31,790 nucleotides of DNA from a virus (Duplodnaviria; Heunggongvirae; Uroviricota; Caudoviricetes). The stretch's first letter is position 1. Each line of letters starts with the position of its first letter. Shown piece by piece: positions 1 through 9,024 of this stretch. Position numbers and translations under genes: made by a program. Below the pieces are notes generated by a model. The model searched no databases. It was given only the letters and a program-made list of their open reading frames with translations, and was not told the origin of the DNA. The stretch lies in the IMG/VR virus record IMGVR_UViG_3300008069_000054, positions 1-31,790 of that record; one strand, 5' to 3'.

Positions 1-219
1 TCACATCCACATAATTTGCTGCCCTGACGGCAACGGGTGCGGCCTTACGGCGTGGACTTCTCCCGGCTTCACGATGTATCGCTGTACCGACTCATAAGTG
101 ATGAACGTGGCGCTGCAATTCACGTTCTGACACTGGTGATAACGCTCTTTTGTCGTGTCAGTGATATAGCGACTTGTACGCGCATGTGCGGCATGCTGGC
201 ATAAAGGACAATGAAACAT
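1..219 (-). CDS. ogr: Ogr late-gene transcriptional activator (Cys4 zinc-finger)
   Basis: Translation from the internal Met (MFHCPLCQHAAHARTSRYITDTTKERYHQCQNVNCSATF...) matches P2 Ogr as I recall it (72 aa, CxxC...CxxxxC). The supplied ORF is extended 21 codons upstream; start placed at MFHC. Confidence 0.9.
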   Translation of the reverse strand: MFHCPLCQHAAHARTSRYITDTTKERYHQCQNVNCSATFITYESVQRYIVKPGEVHAVRPHPLPSGQQIMWM

Positions 220-300
220 CGCGAGCACCTCTTCCGGTTTTGTTGATGGTGCCATTTTAGTTAATTTATCCTTATAAAACAAACAGATAAAATAAAAACA

Positions 301-1464
301 TCACTCATCACCTTCTGTTTCGTACTCCACATCAGAAAGCCTGACCTCAAGCTCTAAGGACGTCGTGAAGCCGCTATTATTCAGAAAATGTATCACCTTA
401 GTGATTGTCCAGTCCTGCTCGTCTATGACGCGCTTAAAGCCTGACACTTTGACCGGCGTTTCCGTGTAAATATCTGCACGACCGGTAGCCAGGATGATGG
501 AGAACTCCGCTACACCCCGTTGCAGTTTATCCCACTTCGCCTGAGCGGCGCGCATGGCCTGCGCTTTTGTGGCATATACCGTAGTCAGGGCAAAAACGTT
601 GTCAGCTTCACCGGCCATGTATTCACCTTCGCGCGCTTCAGGTACTTTTGGCGCTTTCTTCTGCGTGACCGGTTTTGCTTTCGGGTGCTCCAGTGCGCGC
701 AGGTGTTTTTCTTTCTTTTTGCGTTTCAGTTTTACCTTCTGCTTTTGTGGTTTCGGGTCTTTGGTGTGTAACCACTTTGCCGTTACGCCGGTATAGGCTC
801 CACGGTCAGCAATCGCAAAATGATGACGGTCGCCGTCGCTGCGGGTGATGGTAATCTGCGGGATTTTTTTACCGCTGGCCGTCACCCCCTGCCCCGCTTT
901 GAGAAACAGCAGTTTTCCCATTTTTACCGACACCTCGCCGCCGTTGCGTTCAGCAAGACGGGTCAGGAATTTCACATCGGACTCCTGCGACTGGTCGATG
1001 TGCGGGATTTTAATTCCGGCCAGTGACGGAGCGACACTGGCTTCCAGCTTATTACGGGAGGCTATCGCCTCAACAATCGCACCGAGCGTGGTGTCATGCC
1101 ATGAGCCTTCACGGCGGGAATTGAGCGTCCCGCGAAAATCTGCACTCCGGGCGCGGATGGTGACCACATCCGGTGCGCCCCGGTGTTCAACCTCATCAAC
1201 GGTAAATTTCCCTTTGCATACCAGGGCAAAACCTTTCCAGCCGATATACACCGTCAGGACAGCGCCACGAACCGGCAGCCCGACCTGCCCGTCGGCATCG
1301 TTCAGTTCAATATCAAGCTGGTCAGCCTCAAAGCCCCGGTTATCCGTCAGGGTCATGCTCATCAGACGGTCGCTGATATTGCCGGTAATATCCCTGCTGT
1401 CGAGCATCAGCATGTAATCCGGCGTCAGCGTACTGCCTGCATCAAATGTCAGTGCATCCAGCAT
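301..1464 (-). CDS. D: Tail protein D (late control gene D)
   Basis: 387-aa ORF, same length as P2 gpD, with lysine-rich central linker (KPQKQKVKLKRKKKEKH); position between U and ogr. Confidence 0.9.
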   Translation of the reverse strand: MLDALTFDAGSTLTPDYMLMLDSRDITGNISDRLMSMTLTDNRGFEADQLDIELNDADGQVGLPVRGAVLTVYIGWKGFALVCKGKFTVDEVEHRGAPDVVTIRARSADFRGTLNSRREGSWHDTTLGAIVEAIASRNKLEASVAPSLAGIKIPHIDQSQESDVKFLTRLAERNGGEVSVKMGKLLFLKAGQGVTASGKKIPQITITRSDGDRHHFAIADRGAYTGVTAKWLHTKDPKPQKQKVKLKRKKKEKHLRALEHPKAKPVTQKKAPKVPEAREGEYMAGEADNVFALTTVYATKAQAMRAAQAKWDKLQRGVAEFSIILATGRADIYTETPVKVSGFKRVIDEQDWTITKVIHFLNNSGFTTSLELEVRLSDVEYETEGDE

Positions 1465-1943
1465 TATCCCGCCCCCGTCATACCCGTGAATTTAGTCGCC
1501 ATACTGCCAGCCTTACCGATGAGCGATTCCGCCTGTTTACCGATATCGCCATAAAGCGCGGCCAGTGATTCATCAACGCGGGTGAGCGACAGCGTAAAAT
1601 CAATTTTCCGGGGTGTGCCGTCTGCAAAGAAAATACTCCCTGTTTCACTCACCCTGCTGATGACATACATGCCGTAAATCATGCCGGTGCCATCCAGCAA
1701 CGGCCACGCCCGCCCCTCCTCTGCCATCAGCCTGAGCGTGGTCATCGTCAGCTTTCCGCCGGTCAGTTCGGGATAAAGCACACCGGCAAGCGTCATGTTT
1801 TCCTCACCCACACCGAGAAACTGATAGGCATCCCGTTTACCGATACGGGAATTTGACGGCCAGCGATAATCTGATTCACGCTGCATGGTCTGGTGTGGCA
1901 GCGTCTGGCGCATAAAAACAAACATACCTAACGCGAGCATCAT
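1464..1943 (-). CDS. U: Tail protein U
   Basis: 159 aa, same length and position as P2 gpU; start overlaps the D region by 1 nt (coupled translation). Confidence 0.88.
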   Translation of the reverse strand: MMLALGMFVFMRQTLPHQTMQRESDYRWPSNSRIGKRDAYQFLGVGEENMTLAGVLYPELTGGKLTMTTLRLMAEEGRAWPLLDGTGMIYGMYVISRVSETGSIFFADGTPRKIDFTLSLTRVDESLAALYGDIGKQAESLIGKAGSMATKFTGMTGAG

Positions 1944-1957
1944 TTTTCGTTACCTCC

Positions 1958-4405
1958 TTAACCGTCATGCATCATGCTGGCACGGGCGCGCGCACGTTTA
2001 TCCCGCTCGTATTTTTCGAGCGCATCCTGTAACTGGCGGTCAAGCTGTGTCCCCGGCGCAGTACCGCCCGTCAGGTTGATGTGATATTCGTTTTTACTCT
2101 GGTCCACATAAGAGCGACCAGCCGGTGCCGTGACCGGCTGGTAAGCCTGATAGCCTGCATAAGAGCTGGTCGCCGGAATATAACCACCTGTGCCATACGT
2201 GGCGGCATGAGTTCTGGCGGCGGTCTGGTCAAGTGCGTCAGACTCTTTGTTGATGACGCCGAGTTTTTCCAGTACCCAGTCAATACCGCTGCGCAGTTTG
2301 TTGAACGCATTAAGCGGCAGCATCAGCGCGTCAGCCAGTGCCTGCCCGAACATGACGCCAGTATCACGGCAACGGTTCAGGGTGTCCTGGGTGGCTTTGA
2401 CCGGGGCAATCAGGTTTTTAAACCACTGCCACGCGGCCTGTAACTTTTCACCCAGCCAGTCAAACACCGGTTTAAGTGGCGTGAACAGTTCCCCCACCGG
2501 CGCAAATGCCGCTTTCAGCCCTTCAATCACACCGCCAAAAAATGCGCTGACAGGCTCCCAGTATTTACGGATAAGTAACGCCCCGGCGACAATGGCGGCC
2601 ACCACGGCCACTACCGGCCAGCTAATCGCGCCGATAGCCGTCATAACGGCACTGCCAACCGTCGTGAAGATTGCCCCCATTGCACTTGCTGCTGCGATAA
2701 TGGCATTGATGCCGGTGATAACCGGCCAGGCTACGAGGCCAATGGCACCGATGACACCAATCAGCGCCAGTGCGCCACCGGCAATGAGACCAATGGTTGA
2801 CGCCAGTGATTTGTTTTTCTGTATCCAGCCGTCGAGTTTTAACACATACTTTGTGGCCGTCTGCGTGAGCTTACGCAGTGCGCCTTCCTGCTGGTCAAAC
2901 AGGTCTGTCCCCACCGCCTCATAAGCGGACTGAAACTCCTTAAAGTCACCGCCGAGGTTGTCCTGCATGATATTTACCAGCTCTGCGGTCTTCCCGTCTG
3001 AGGCTTTAAACGCAGCGGTCAGTTTGTCCAGCTTTCCGGTTGACGCGGCAGTCATCAGCACGGCGGCGGCTGAGCTGGCCTCCTCCCCGAAAATGGTTTT
3101 CATGTATTCAGCCTGCTGGGCAGTACCGAGCCGGTTTTTCTCAAAACTGGCCTGCATTTCTTTCAGAATGGTAAATACTGGTCGGGTGTTTCCCTTACTG
3201 TCTGAGGTTTTCACGCCAAGCTCTTTGAGTGCATCCCATGCTTTTCCCGTCGGTGCCTGCAGGCGACTTAACACGGCACGGCTTCCCGTCCCCGCCATTG
3301 AGCCTGTGATTTTTGCATCATGCAGCGCTCCGACCATTGCGGCGGTTTCTTCAATGCTGACACCGGCATTTTTTGCCACAGGTGCAGCATAGGTCAGCGC
3401 ATCGCTCATACCGTCAAAATCGGCGGCGGTTTTGTTCATCGTCATGGAGAGAACATCCCCAATATGAGCGACCTTATCGTTTGAAAGCTGAAAGGCGGAT
3501 TTCATCCCCATCAGCAGGGCAGCGTTTTCTTCCATCGTGCGGCGGTTCGCCAGCGCCATATTCAGCGTGACCGGCGTTGCCGCCTGAATGGCATCAACAT
3601 CCCCACCCGCTTTCGCGATGATTATCTGTGCACCGGCCGCATCATCCGCCGAGGCGGCGGTGTTGTCGCCGAGCTGGCGCGCCTGTTTGCGGAGCGCGGC
3701 CATTTCGGCGGAGTCTTTTGCCACTCCGAGCACAGCCTGTAATTCTGAGTTTTTCTGCGCAAACTCATAACCGGGCATCAGCAGCTTAACTCCGGCCATC
3801 GTTCCCGCCGCCGCAATCCCCACACCGGCAGCGCCCACTGAGGCCATATTTCCGGCCAGTTCCTTGCCGGCCTGATAACGCTGTTTGACTGCGTTAAGTT
3901 TTGCCTGTTGTGCACTGACACGCGCCAGTGCGTCGCGCTGACGGTTAAGCTGTGCGGTGGTTTCACTGATACGTTTTTTCAGCCCCTGCTCATCATGTGC
4001 AAGATTGCGGGTATTAATTCCCACAACGGCCAGTTCCCGCTGCTGGCGTTTAACGGAATCCGTCAGGCGGTTATATTTCGCCTGTAAGTCCTCCGCCGCA
4101 CGCTTCGCGGATTCCAGCACTTTCGCCTGAGCACGTGTCGGACGTTCGGTGTTTTTAAACTGTGTGGCAAGGGCTTCGGCCTCCTGCCGTGCCTTTTCAA
4201 GTGCATGACCAGTCACGGCGAGCTGTGCACTGGTCTTGCGAAATCCCTCAATACGGGATGCGTGACCGTTCAGCTCGCGCAGTGATTTTTGTGTTTCCCG
4301 GATATCCCCCGACAGCGATTTGCTCGCTGTGCGGATGGATTTAAACGGGCGGGATGCCTGGTCAACAGCCCTGAGCAATACCTGTAATTTTACATTGTTA
4401 CTCAT
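1958..4405 (-). CDS. T: Tail tape measure protein T
   Basis: 815 aa, coiled-coil-rich N-terminal half and Ala/Gly-rich hydrophobic segment typical of tape measure proteins; same length as P2 gpT; located directly downstream of E/E'. Confidence 0.92.
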   Translation of the reverse strand: MSNNVKLQVLLRAVDQASRPFKSIRTASKSLSGDIRETQKSLRELNGHASRIEGFRKTSAQLAVTGHALEKARQEAEALATQFKNTERPTRAQAKVLESAKRAAEDLQAKYNRLTDSVKRQQRELAVVGINTRNLAHDEQGLKKRISETTAQLNRQRDALARVSAQQAKLNAVKQRYQAGKELAGNMASVGAAGVGIAAAGTMAGVKLLMPGYEFAQKNSELQAVLGVAKDSAEMAALRKQARQLGDNTAASADDAAGAQIIIAKAGGDVDAIQAATPVTLNMALANRRTMEENAALLMGMKSAFQLSNDKVAHIGDVLSMTMNKTAADFDGMSDALTYAAPVAKNAGVSIEETAAMVGALHDAKITGSMAGTGSRAVLSRLQAPTGKAWDALKELGVKTSDSKGNTRPVFTILKEMQASFEKNRLGTAQQAEYMKTIFGEEASSAAAVLMTAASTGKLDKLTAAFKASDGKTAELVNIMQDNLGGDFKEFQSAYEAVGTDLFDQQEGALRKLTQTATKYVLKLDGWIQKNKSLASTIGLIAGGALALIGVIGAIGLVAWPVITGINAIIAAASAMGAIFTTVGSAVMTAIGAISWPVVAVVAAIVAGALLIRKYWEPVSAFFGGVIEGLKAAFAPVGELFTPLKPVFDWLGEKLQAAWQWFKNLIAPVKATQDTLNRCRDTGVMFGQALADALMLPLNAFNKLRSGIDWVLEKLGVINKESDALDQTAARTHAATYGTGGYIPATSSYAGYQAYQPVTAPAGRSYVDQSKNEYHINLTGGTAPGTQLDRQLQDALEKYERDKRARARASMMHDG

Positions 4406-4825
4406 TCGTGTTTCCGCTTCGCCGGAGCGCCTTTTCGCGCCATGTGATGAGTTCGGTCAGGCTCATGGGATACAGTTCTGATGGCGGCCAGTGAAATATC
4501 ACTGCCACATCCGCCATCAGGTCATCGACCGAGAGATTTTTCGGAAACGTCACTGCACCGAGTTCGGCGACAAAAAACCGACCACCTTACCGGCCAGCGC
4601 CACAAGGTCAGGCAGTTCCAGTGCGGCGACTTCCTGCTCGGTCAGCATCGGTGCCGTCATGCGCGGCAACACCTTAATCAGTGCATCGACTTCGGAGTTT
4701 GCGACCGCTGCCAGACTGACACCGCGCAGCGTCCCGGCACTGGGTTTCATCAGCGTGACCTGTTCGATAACCTGCTCACCACGTTTGACCGGATTGTCCA
4801 GGGTAATCACATTTTCTTTGTTCAT
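4398..4825 (-). CDS. E': Tail assembly chaperone E+E' (programmed -1 ribosomal frameshift product, 142 aa)
   Basis: Minus-strand heptamer TTTTTTG at about 4571-4577 inside E. The -1 frame continues for 57 codons (VAELGAVTFPKNLSVDDLMADVAVIFHWPPSELYPMSLTELITWREKALRRSGNTNE) and stops at 4398-4400, overlapping the T start codon. 85 + 57 = 142 aa, as in P2 E+E'. Confidence 0.85.
4550..4825 (-). CDS. E: Tail assembly chaperone E
   Basis: 91-aa ORF MNKENVITLDNPVKRGEQVIEQ... in the position of P2 gpE; ends 9 codons after the T6G slippery run. Confidence 0.9.
   Translation of the reverse strand: MNKENVITLDNPVKRGEQVIEQVTLMKPSAGTLRGVSLAAVANSEVDALIKVLPRMTAPMLTEQEVAALELPDLVALAGKVVGFLSPNSVQ
4571..4577 (-). 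other. Slippery heptamer TTTTTTG for the E/E' -1 frameshift
   Basis: Read directly: plus-strand CAAAAAA at 4571-4577 is TTTTTTG on the minus strand, in frame as GGT-TTT-TTG of E. Confidence 0.85.
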
Positions 4826-4881
4826 GGTTTTCTCACTTATGAATCGGGGTTAACCGGTCAGCCAGGCTGACCGGATGAAAA

Positions 4882-5400
4882 TCACAGGCCGATATTGCGG
4901 CGGTGTTGCTCCAGCCGGTCGACGCCGTTCACCTTCTCAATCATGTTGATGGTGTCGATTTCGACCAGCTCCTTACCGTCCATCGTCAGCCGGAAATAGG
5001 TGCAGACCACGGAGATTTTCGACTCGGTGTCTTCTCCCTGTTTACCCTCGCCGGTGTCGATTTCTTTCTGACGTCCACGCATGACCACCTCGACGGCCAC
5101 CGTTTCGCCGGTATCGTCACGCTGGTAAGAGCCTGCAAAACGAATCGGCACAGCATCCACACCGGTTGCGGCGTAAAGCTCCCAGATAACCGAATCCGGG
5201 AAGCCACCCAGCGACCACTCCATTGACAGCGCATCGTCATCAAGGCCGAGGTCTACCGGTGCGCTGCCGTTCATTCCCGCACCGCGATAGTTTTCGAGCT
5301 TACGGGTCAGTTTTGGCAGCGTGACGGACTTTGCAACGCCCTGATAGCTGTAGCCGTTCAGAAAGACGTTCATTAACTTGAGTTTGCGCGGCATTGCCAT
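4882..5400 (-). CDS. FII: Tail tube protein FII
   Basis: 172 aa, same length as P2 gpFII; immediately downstream of FI. Confidence 0.92.
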   Translation of the reverse strand: MAMPRKLKLMNVFLNGYSYQGVAKSVTLPKLTRKLENYRGAGMNGSAPVDLGLDDDALSMEWSLGGFPDSVIWELYAATGVDAVPIRFAGSYQRDDTGETVAVEVVMRGRQKEIDTGEGKQGEDTESKISVVCTYFRLTMDGKELVEIDTINMIEKVNGVDRLEQHRRNIGL

Positions 5401-5412
5401 CGGTCAGGCTCC

Positions 5413-6603
5413 TTAATTGCTGTTAACCGAGGTGACCAGATTTGCCAGGTATTTATCGGTAATACGCTGGCGCAGGGTCAGGTTTTCGAGAGGAGGCACC
5501 GGTGTATAGTCGTAGTCGATATACAGTTTTCCGGCCTTGAGGGTTTCCGCATCATTGGCTTCTTCACTGAACCAGCATGTGCCATCCACGATATAACCGT
5601 TGCTTTTCAGTTCACGGAATTTGGCATTGATGCCGTCAACGATGTCGCGAATCAGCGTTGCGGTGATGGGCTTATCAATAGCCCACATGTGTGCCTCAGC
5701 CATCGTGTCAGCCAGTACCTGCGCGGTGCGTGTGTAGCTTTCAAAGAGGAACAGTGGGTCATCGGAGCAGGTACGGTTACCCCAGAAACGGAAACCGTCG
5801 CGGCGAACCAGCGTTGTGACGCCTGCCTCGTTCAGTAGGTCAGCATCAGTGCCGGACTTCTGCAAATCCCAGAATACAGATGCGCTGATGCCGGTAACAC
5901 CGTTTACCCCGACGTTGGACAGCGTTTTATGCCAGCCCTGCTCCTGGTCGATTTTAGCGCGCAGACCCAGCGCACGGGCGGTGGCATACGCGGTGGCGGT
6001 GGTGCTGGTGACCGTATCCCATGCGAGGAAATCCGGCCAGATGACCATCAGCTCACGCTGGCTGAAATTCTGGCGGTAGGCTTTCACCTCGGAAATGGTT
6101 TTACAGCCCCATGCACTGATATACCCGAATGCATTCAGTTCCTGGCATACCGATGCCAGTGCGACGGCAACCTCTTTGGTGTCCAGCCCCGGCACACCAA
6201 GAATGCGCGGTTTAACGCCGGTAACCGACTCAGCCCCCATCAGGGCTTTCAGTCCGGTGTACTGACCGTTTTCGTCAGTGGTGCCGATGATATTGGAAAC
6301 GGTCTGCGCGAGTTTCGTTTCCTCGTCGTCGCCGGTGCCGTCTTCCACACGCACGACAACGGTGACCGGTTTTGACTGGTCGGCGATGGCCTGCAACGAT
6401 GCCGCTAGCGTGCCTTTTTTACCAGCCTTTGCAATTGCGCTCTGCACATTGGTAATCAGCACCGGTTTATTGAGGGGGAAGGTTTCCGCATCCGCATCGC
6501 TGGCCGTGCAGACCATGCCGACAATGGCAGTGGATACGGTGGAAATGACGCGGGTGCCGTCGTTAATCTCCAGCACCTGCACGCCGTGATGATAGTCACT
6601 CAT
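5413..6603 (-). CDS. FI: Contractile tail sheath protein FI
   Basis: 396 aa, same length as P2 gpFI; position and sheath-like sequence. Confidence 0.93.
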   Translation of the reverse strand: MSDYHHGVQVLEINDGTRVISTVSTAIVGMVCTASDADAETFPLNKPVLITNVQSAIAKAGKKGTLAASLQAIADQSKPVTVVVRVEDGTGDDEETKLAQTVSNIIGTTDENGQYTGLKALMGAESVTGVKPRILGVPGLDTKEVAVALASVCQELNAFGYISAWGCKTISEVKAYRQNFSQRELMVIWPDFLAWDTVTSTTATAYATARALGLRAKIDQEQGWHKTLSNVGVNGVTGISASVFWDLQKSGTDADLLNEAGVTTLVRRDGFRFWGNRTCSDDPLFLFESYTRTAQVLADTMAEAHMWAIDKPITATLIRDIVDGINAKFRELKSNGYIVDGTCWFSEEANDAETLKAGKLYIDYDYTPVPPLENLTLRQRITDKYLANLVTSVNSN

Positions 6604-6696
6604 CCGTTTAACTCCGTGGTTAATGGGTGCAACTATTGTCTGTTGGGCAGTGCATGAGACGCTATTTGACCTGACTGGTCAGTGGATGAAACAACA

Positions 6697-6727
6697 GATA
6701 AAGAAAAGGCGGGCAATCAGCCCGCCT
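6697..6727 (-). terminator. Rho-independent terminator downstream of the hotspot cargo gene
   Basis: GC-rich inverted repeat GGCGGGC-aatca-GCCCGCC (about 6708-6726) followed on the minus strand by TTTTCTTTATCTGTTGTTT. Confidence 0.6.
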
Positions 6728-7037
6728 GCCTTGATTTGTACTCACTCAGTTTCCAACTGACAATTTACGTAGCCAAAACGCTATCAGCTCTGACAGCCAG
6801 CTTTGAGCGAGTCGAAAAAGTTCATACCTTTCTGCTGGTGAAAGTTTAACTAACAGTTCAACCTATCAATTAATTGATGAACAGGTTGAGGCGTTTTTAA
6901 TATCTCTGCGTCATCTGAGACGATTTTGCGCTACAGGATTTACGGCTTATCTGGGGGCATTCTTGAGCCCTGACTCCTCTGAAAACATAATTAGGCCATA
7001 CCTGTGACCTGCTCTTCGTTGGTAAGGTTAGCGAATA

Positions 7038-8147
7038 TTAATCTGAGTCCATTTTCCCAAACTCTGTCAGGCCGAAAACGGAGCTACCAGAAACATGAGC
7101 TTGTAAGCCCGCTTCCTGCATTTCACTCAATTCAACTTCCTGGCTATCCTCTAATCCGATAGAGAACATGGGATAGGCCCAGTTCCAATTCGGATCAGGA
7201 ACCAAACTATTATTCTCTATCTTGAAAAAGCTGACCATGAGATGATGCCTTCCCTGTATCGCCTCTTCATCATTGATGTTGACCAGTACACCAAAGTGCT
7301 TGTAGCCGGCTTGTCCATTCTCGAACATTTTTATCTTGGTGCCGTTTCTGAACATCCAAAAAGAATGATTTCCAGTGGAATCAGCGACCTGCAAGTTATC
7401 TTCGTCAATTTCCCAATTAAGATATTGTTTGATATCAGACTTTGGTTTGAGTTTTTCGTCATTACTAAACCATTGTATTGCCGGAAGTGGAAGGTGAAGA
7501 CCTTCCGGCTGGGGAGGCTGACCTGCAGCAATGGAATGCATGATCTCTGTCATTGATGGAAGCCCCATCAAATGCCATACATCATGGATATCCTTTTTAA
7601 GTATAAGAAGCCCTTTGGATACACCATCCGCGTAAGTTGACTTTAAGCGGACTAGTATGTCCTTGTTACCATCTTTGTCGAGGTCTTCAATGTTTACTGA
7701 AGAAGCCACAACCTCGTCGTCCCCTGCGTCTGGGATGATTGCCCAATACCCAATATCGTAGAATCCAGGTCTGCCAACCACCTTATCTATCAAACTCTGT
7801 CCAGAGGGCTCGAAGACCATCAGGAAACGGCTAAGGGCACCATTTGTGCTCACAGCTCTTCCGTAGACTACAACGGAGTTTGAGGTGCTTAGATCGAGAG
7901 ACTCTCTAGCCACTGAGTCAAACGCCACTGAGTCCAAATGTGTGGCAAGCTGCTGCTGGATGCACTCCCGAGCCATTTCAACTAATTTTTCGCGAACATC
8001 AGCAGATCGTATTGGCTGTGAAGTGAAATGGAAAAGCCCTACTGTAGCCGCTATGCCTATTATTCCCGAAATAACGGTACTTAGAACCTGCTCCTTTACC
8101 ACTTTCACAACTTTCATCAATAGCTTCTTCAACTTCACTTCAGGCAC
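7038..8147 (-). CDS. Hypothetical membrane-anchored protein (hotspot cargo at the P2 Z/fun position); candidate defence gene
   Basis: 369-aa ORF with one predicted N-terminal transmembrane helix (VLSTVISGIIGIAATVGLF) and a large soluble domain containing a DxDxDG-like motif (DLDKDGNKD). The region is visibly AT-rich compared with flanking tail genes, and the gene has its own flanking hairpins. The supplied ORF starts at GTG (8147); a more likely start is the ATG at 8117, preceded by AAGAAG. No family recognised. Confidence 0.7.
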   Translation of the reverse strand: MPEVKLKKLLMKVVKVVKEQVLSTVISGIIGIAATVGLFHFTSQPIRSADVREKLVEMARECIQQQLATHLDSVAFDSVARESLDLSTSNSVVVYGRAVSTNGALSRFLMVFEPSGQSLIDKVVGRPGFYDIGYWAIIPDAGDDEVVASSVNIEDLDKDGNKDILVRLKSTYADGVSKGLLILKKDIHDVWHLMGLPSMTEIMHSIAAGQPPQPEGLHLPLPAIQWFSNDEKLKPKSDIKQYLNWEIDEDNLQVADSTGNHSFWMFRNGTKIKMFENGQAGYKHFGVLVNINDEEAIQGRHHLMVSFFKIENNSLVPDPNWNWAYPMFSIGLEDSQEVELSEMQEAGLQAHVSGSSVFGLTEFGKMDSD

Positions 8148-8445
8148 CTAAATACTATTAAACTTGTCATGGGAAAATCCGATTATTATTGTAGAGAACA
8201 ACAAAAACTGGCCTCGATTTTAGAGTTTTTCCAGTATCTATTTTCCGACTCGTTCGGCGGTAATCCACCGTTATATTCATGAGGCCGGGGTGCACTATAA
8301 TATTCAACTATATACTCTGTTTGTAGTGGCACATTAAATTTGGTGACAGATATGCATCACGTCCGCTCCTAGCACAGAGCGGACAGTCAGATTAGGTTTT
8401 ACTCTGTGCCATAGATGAGTAATCTCACACCAGAGCTAATACGAT

Positions 8446-9024
8446 TTATTGCGGCATTTCTGGCCATTCTATATCCGGAGCATTTTCCGGCTGAACGCGA
8501 TTCAGTAGCACACGGTATTTTTTCCAGTGTGTCAGGCTTAACTTTTCTTCCTCGGTAGCCATATCTAAATCGACAGCATCCTGCAGCGTGGCAATAATTT
8601 CACCTGCATATGCAATCTGCTCTTTCTTCTGAGACTCCGCCGCTCTGACAAGCGCATCACGTTCTGCATTCTCATCATTCACCCACGCATTTCCGTCCCA
8701 TTTCTGATAATCCCCCTCCGGGGAAATAGCTGTCACGTCTGGAGGTAATACGCCAAGTTCAGAAATATAAATGGCTGCTCCTGTTTTCGTTTCGTAGACG
8801 GTCTTTCCGCGATGGTCTTCCATCAGTTCCCATTTCATTTCATCTGCATTGAAAACGGCTGCATAACCAGCAGGAATATCAGGTGGTGCAATATCTGTAC
8901 TGTTTGCAGGCAGGCCAGTATACGGCGGAATATATGCATCACTTTCGCCAATAAACTCATTGGTTCCATTAAGTAAATTGAAAACGCGGATAGTTTGTGC
9001 TTCTGCACTCATTCTGAAAGCCAT
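8446..9024 (-). CDS. G: Tail fibre assembly chaperone G
   Basis: 192-aa ORF directly downstream of H with a 1-nt ATGA overlap; tail-fibre-assembly-like sequence; position of P2 gpG. Confidence 0.8.
   Translation of the reverse strand: MAFRMSAEAQTIRVFNLLNGTNEFIGESDAYIPPYTGLPANSTDIAPPDIPAGYAAVFNADEMKWELMEDHRGKTVYETKTGAAIYISELGVLPPDVTAISPEGDYQKWDGNAWVNDENAERDALVRAAESQKKEQIAYAGEIIATLQDAVDLDMATEEEKLSLTHWKKYRVLLNRVQPENAPDIEWPEMPQ

Noticed and set aside
1-282. 93-aa ORF extending ogr 21 codons upstream
   Set aside because: Ogr in P2 starts at MFHCPLCQ; the extension is simply an open upstream frame, so ogr is annotated as 1..219.
845-1417. 190-aa plus-strand ORF antisense to D
   Set aside because: Lies entirely within the well-supported D gene on the opposite strand; shadow ORF in GC-rich DNA with no independent support.
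2247-2924. 225-aa plus-strand ORF (and several others) antisense to T
   Set aside because: Shadow ORFs inside the tape measure gene; low-complexity Ala/Ser/Thr-rich translation typical of antisense GC-rich sequence.
8361-8384. Perfect 8-bp stem hairpin GTCCGCTC-N8-GAGCGGAC downstream of G
   Set aside because: Could be a terminator for the H-G operon, but there is no adjacent T-tract on either strand, so it is not annotated; possibly an RNA stability element or protein-binding site.
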